A stretch of 63,612 bases of DNA, filler included, from Reticulomyxa filosa (Eukaryota > Protista > Foraminifera), in the NCBI GenBank assembly GCA_000512085.1. It is 13 parts of 13 records of this genome, joined end to end, with 100 filler letters (N's around TTAATTAATTAA, not from the genome) between each part and the next. Parts side by side here need not be neighbours in the genome. Positions count along the whole stretch, not along the records: positions 60,953 to 62,095 come from ASPP01004906.1; positions 62,196 to 63,612 come from ASPP01017740.1; 11 more parts are not named here. One strand, 5' to 3'. The position numbers and the translations under genes were made by a program. Positions 61,483 through 63,612 of the stretch are shown one piece after another. Under the pieces are notes generated by a model. The model made no database searches and was not told where the DNA came from. It saw only the letters and a list, made by a program, of their open reading frames with translations. The stretch's first letter is position 1, and every line of letters begins with the position of its first letter.

Positions 61483-62095
61483 CTTGTTGTTGTTGTTAAT
61501 TATTTGCTTATTTCTTTTTTTTTTTTTTTCCTTCCTTATTTGGGCTTGGTCGAGGACTCCTTTCTTGAAGGAAAAAAAAAAAAAATATCTTCATATCTAG
61601 CTATTAAAGTCATTTTTTTAATTTAACACACTTTGTCTAAAAAATCATCCTTTTGATCCATATTCGTGTTTATGATCGGAATGAAAAATCTCGCCAAATG
61701 ATAGAGATTTTTTTCAAATTTGTTTATTCTCGTCCCCTTTGAACCTTTTTCATTGCTTTGTCCAAAGTGGTTTTTTTTTCAGTTAATTGTCAATTGTATT
61801 TTTTATTTCTGTTTCGTGCTGAAAGCTATCTCCTCACCAGTTTTACTAAGTAGCAGGTTAATTTTTTTTGTATGATGAAAAGAAAACGCCTGGTTCTTTG
61901 GGTAGATCGCTACACAAAAATGATTCTAAGACTACTCTAACCCACTGTAAAACGCTTGAACAAGTTCTACTTAAAACTAGAGAAATAAGTTTGGAATTGC
62001 AATAGTATTTTTTTTTGGTCGAAAACGAAAATACAGAGTTTTGTGAGATAGACATAGAACAACGAGAAATTTCCAAACTTTCCTTTTTTTTTTTT

Positions 62096-62195
62096 NNNNN
62101 NNNNNNNNNNNNNNNNNNNNNNNNNNNNNNNNNNNNNNNTTAATTAATTAANNNNNNNNNNNNNNNNNNNNNNNNNNNNNNNNNNNNNNNNNNNN
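62096..62195. other. Artificial contig spacer
   Basis: N44-TTAATTAATTAA-N44. Confidence 0.98.
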
Positions 62196-62362
62196 CTAAA
62201 TCAACTACAAAGTGCTTAGTGCAGTTTTTGCATAAAAACCTTTGTTTCCCTCTTGTTAAACCATGCCTGACATATTTTTCTGAATTACAAAACCTGCAAT
62301 GCATTATCACTCTATACTAGTTGCTCTCCTAGTATAACATGTATCTAAATGTTAGCAATCCC
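62196..62362 (-). mobile_element. IS1-family insertion sequence, left end (IRL plus InsA-type zinc-ribbon N-terminus), truncated by contig end
   Basis: The - strand begins GGGATTGCTAACATTTAGATAC. An ORF missed by the track (62304 to 62196) reads MHCRFCNSEKYVRHGLTRGKQRFLCKNCTKHFVVDL, the IS1 InsA CxxC...GKQR(F/Y)xCKxC motif. Confidence 0.85.
62330..62358 (-). promoter_or_regulatory. Putative sigma70 promoter within the IS end driving the transposase
   Basis: The - strand reads TTGCTA-16 nt-TATACT with an extended -10 TGn, about 25 nt upstream of the ATG at 62304. Confidence 0.5.
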
Positions 62363-63582
62363 ATTTCTTTTAACTCTTGCTAAATCAGTAAATACAAAAC
62401 CTCTATAGCTGTTAAATATTTTGCTTTCCAAATATGGATTGCCATATCCAAATTCTATTGCACCACCAATACCTTTATCACCTGCTATATCGCTATTAAC
62501 ATAACCTCTTCCAATAAAACTACCTCCAAAAGCAACCCTTTCATAACTTGGCAATGAATCATTGGATTGTTGTAATGAACCTTTAAGAATCAAAGAAAAG
62601 TTCTTAGGTAAATTTTGGTATCTAAAATAAACCAATTCAAGATAGTTATAATTTTTATTTAAATTCGCGGAGTTAAAAGAAGAATTAATTGTATGTAAGT
62701 ATCTTCCATCTAAATAATTAAGCCCTTTAAATGCATCCATATAGATTAATTTACCCCCAATAAAACCATTTACTGATTTATCATATAAATGCTTACTAAT
62801 ATCCTTATATTGGTTTTTATTTTTTTCTAGCCCAATTAGAAAATATAATTGATACCTGCGATTAATCCGATATAGCCTGCTCAAGTTCAGTTTGTGTGTG
62901 TATGTTATATTGCGATACCTTTAAGTTATCCCTAACATCATGAAATTTAGGTTTAGTATAACCTTTACTCATCATTAATCTTAATAATGTTCCTTCTGAA
63001 TTTAAAGGAACTTCATATTGAAAGAATCCAGATTTATTTCTACTGATTACTGCAGATGTACCAAGTTTAATTTTAACTTTATCTCCCAGTTTAAGCGGAT
63101 CAAATATATCAAATCCAGTAATCATCGAGTATTTGCCAATATACTTTGAAAGATATGAATCGGTATCTATGGAAAAAGTTCCTTTTTGCTTACCTGAAGC
63201 GATGTATAAGGTTATAAATTCATCTGCGTATGGAGATGCAATATTACCAAGTTTGATTTGATAAACCGCTGTATCTAAACCAGGAAGTTTTTCTAAAAGT
63301 ATTGCGTATCGTTCAAATTTTTTAGTATTGAAGGGCTTGATTTGCTTCATTTTTTTAATATATTCTTTTGTTAGATAATGATCTTTAAACTCACCAACAA
63401 TTATTATGTCTTTGAAATTACCTTCAATTACTTCCAAGTTTAAAATACCATTGCTTAAAGTCGCATTTTTCAGCGGAAGAACTTTAGCTAGTAGATAGCC
63501 ATCTTTATAGTATTTATTTTGAATTTCTAACATTAGTTCATTCATCAATTCAGAATCTATTAACTTACCAATATACTTTTGT
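62363..63582 (-). pseudogene. Bacterial TpsB (ShlB/FhaC/HecB) outer-membrane transporter, internal fragment with a frameshift near 62870
   Basis: POTRA (IQNKYYKDGYLLAKV...GILNLEVIEG; FERYAILLEKLPG) and barrel motif GSLQQSNDSLPSYERVAFGG..IGRGY....AGDKG..GAIE. No introns, very AT-rich; both ends are cut by IS termini. Confidence 0.85.
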
Positions 63583-63612
63583 GGGATTGCTAACATTTAG
63601 ATACATGTTATA
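63583..63612 (+). mobile_element. Second copy of the same IS1-family end, opposite orientation
   Basis: 63582-63612 (tgggattgctaacatttagatacatgttata) is the exact reverse complement of 62333-62363 and runs to the window end. Confidence 0.85.

Noticed and set aside
3497-62195. Regularly recurring TTAATTAATTAA motif as a biological repeat or CRISPR-like array
   Set aside because: It is always centred in exactly 44+44 Ns and gives stops in six frames, so it is an artificial linker.
60953-63612. tpsB as a horizontally transferred gene next to DNAJC8
   Set aside because: There is no physical linkage (spacer at 62096-62195), and the IS1 context indicates a bacterial genome.
62333-63612. Inverted repeats as site-specific recombinase (invertron/shufflon) phase-variation sites
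   Set aside because: The left repeat runs directly into an IS1 InsA-type ORF and tpsB is frameshifted; IS ends explain it better.
1-63612. Alternative genetic code (stop reassignment), and tRNA/rRNA genes
   Set aside because: In-frame stops are explained by GT-AG introns or single indels, and long exons such as MSH6 are open in the standard code. No tRNA or rRNA signature was recognised by eye; tRNAscan-SE/Infernal would be needed to exclude them.

Overview
This window is not one locus. It is 13 contigs joined by 12 artificial 100-bp spacers (N44-TTAATTAATTAA-N44). Contigs 1-12 are AT-rich, intron-dense protist DNA with short GT-AG introns and poly-A/poly-T/(TA)n tracts. The style suggests the foraminiferan Reticulomyxa filosa or a relative (inference). 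Recognisable genes, reconstructed by manual splicing: RCC1-repeat protein, ARL8, a degenerate G-alpha, NudC, an F-box-LRR-ARF fusion, a RelA/SpoT-like plus ankyrin protein, a class III nucleotidyl cyclase C-terminus, SLC44/CTL choline transporter, a WW protein, a 7TM protein, an EF-hand NCL/EF-CAX exchanger, a WRKY/FLYWCH-like zinc finger, a TBC Rab-GAP, EB1, MSH6, SAC3/GANP, DUF1295, a tandem pseudo-NDK, DNAJC8 and a decayed retroelement RNase H. Contig 13 (62196-63612) is bacterial: an internal, frameshifted TpsB (ShlB/FhaC) fragment bracketed by two oppositely oriented IS1-family left ends. Most notable observations: the 11-exon F-box-LRR-ARF fusion, the IS1-bracketed tpsB segment, the eukaryotic RelA/SpoT-like ankyrin protein, a perfect 102-bp intronic palindrome, and introns with oligo-A rather than pyrimidine tracts before the AG. 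All family calls come from motif recognition by eye; no database search was run.
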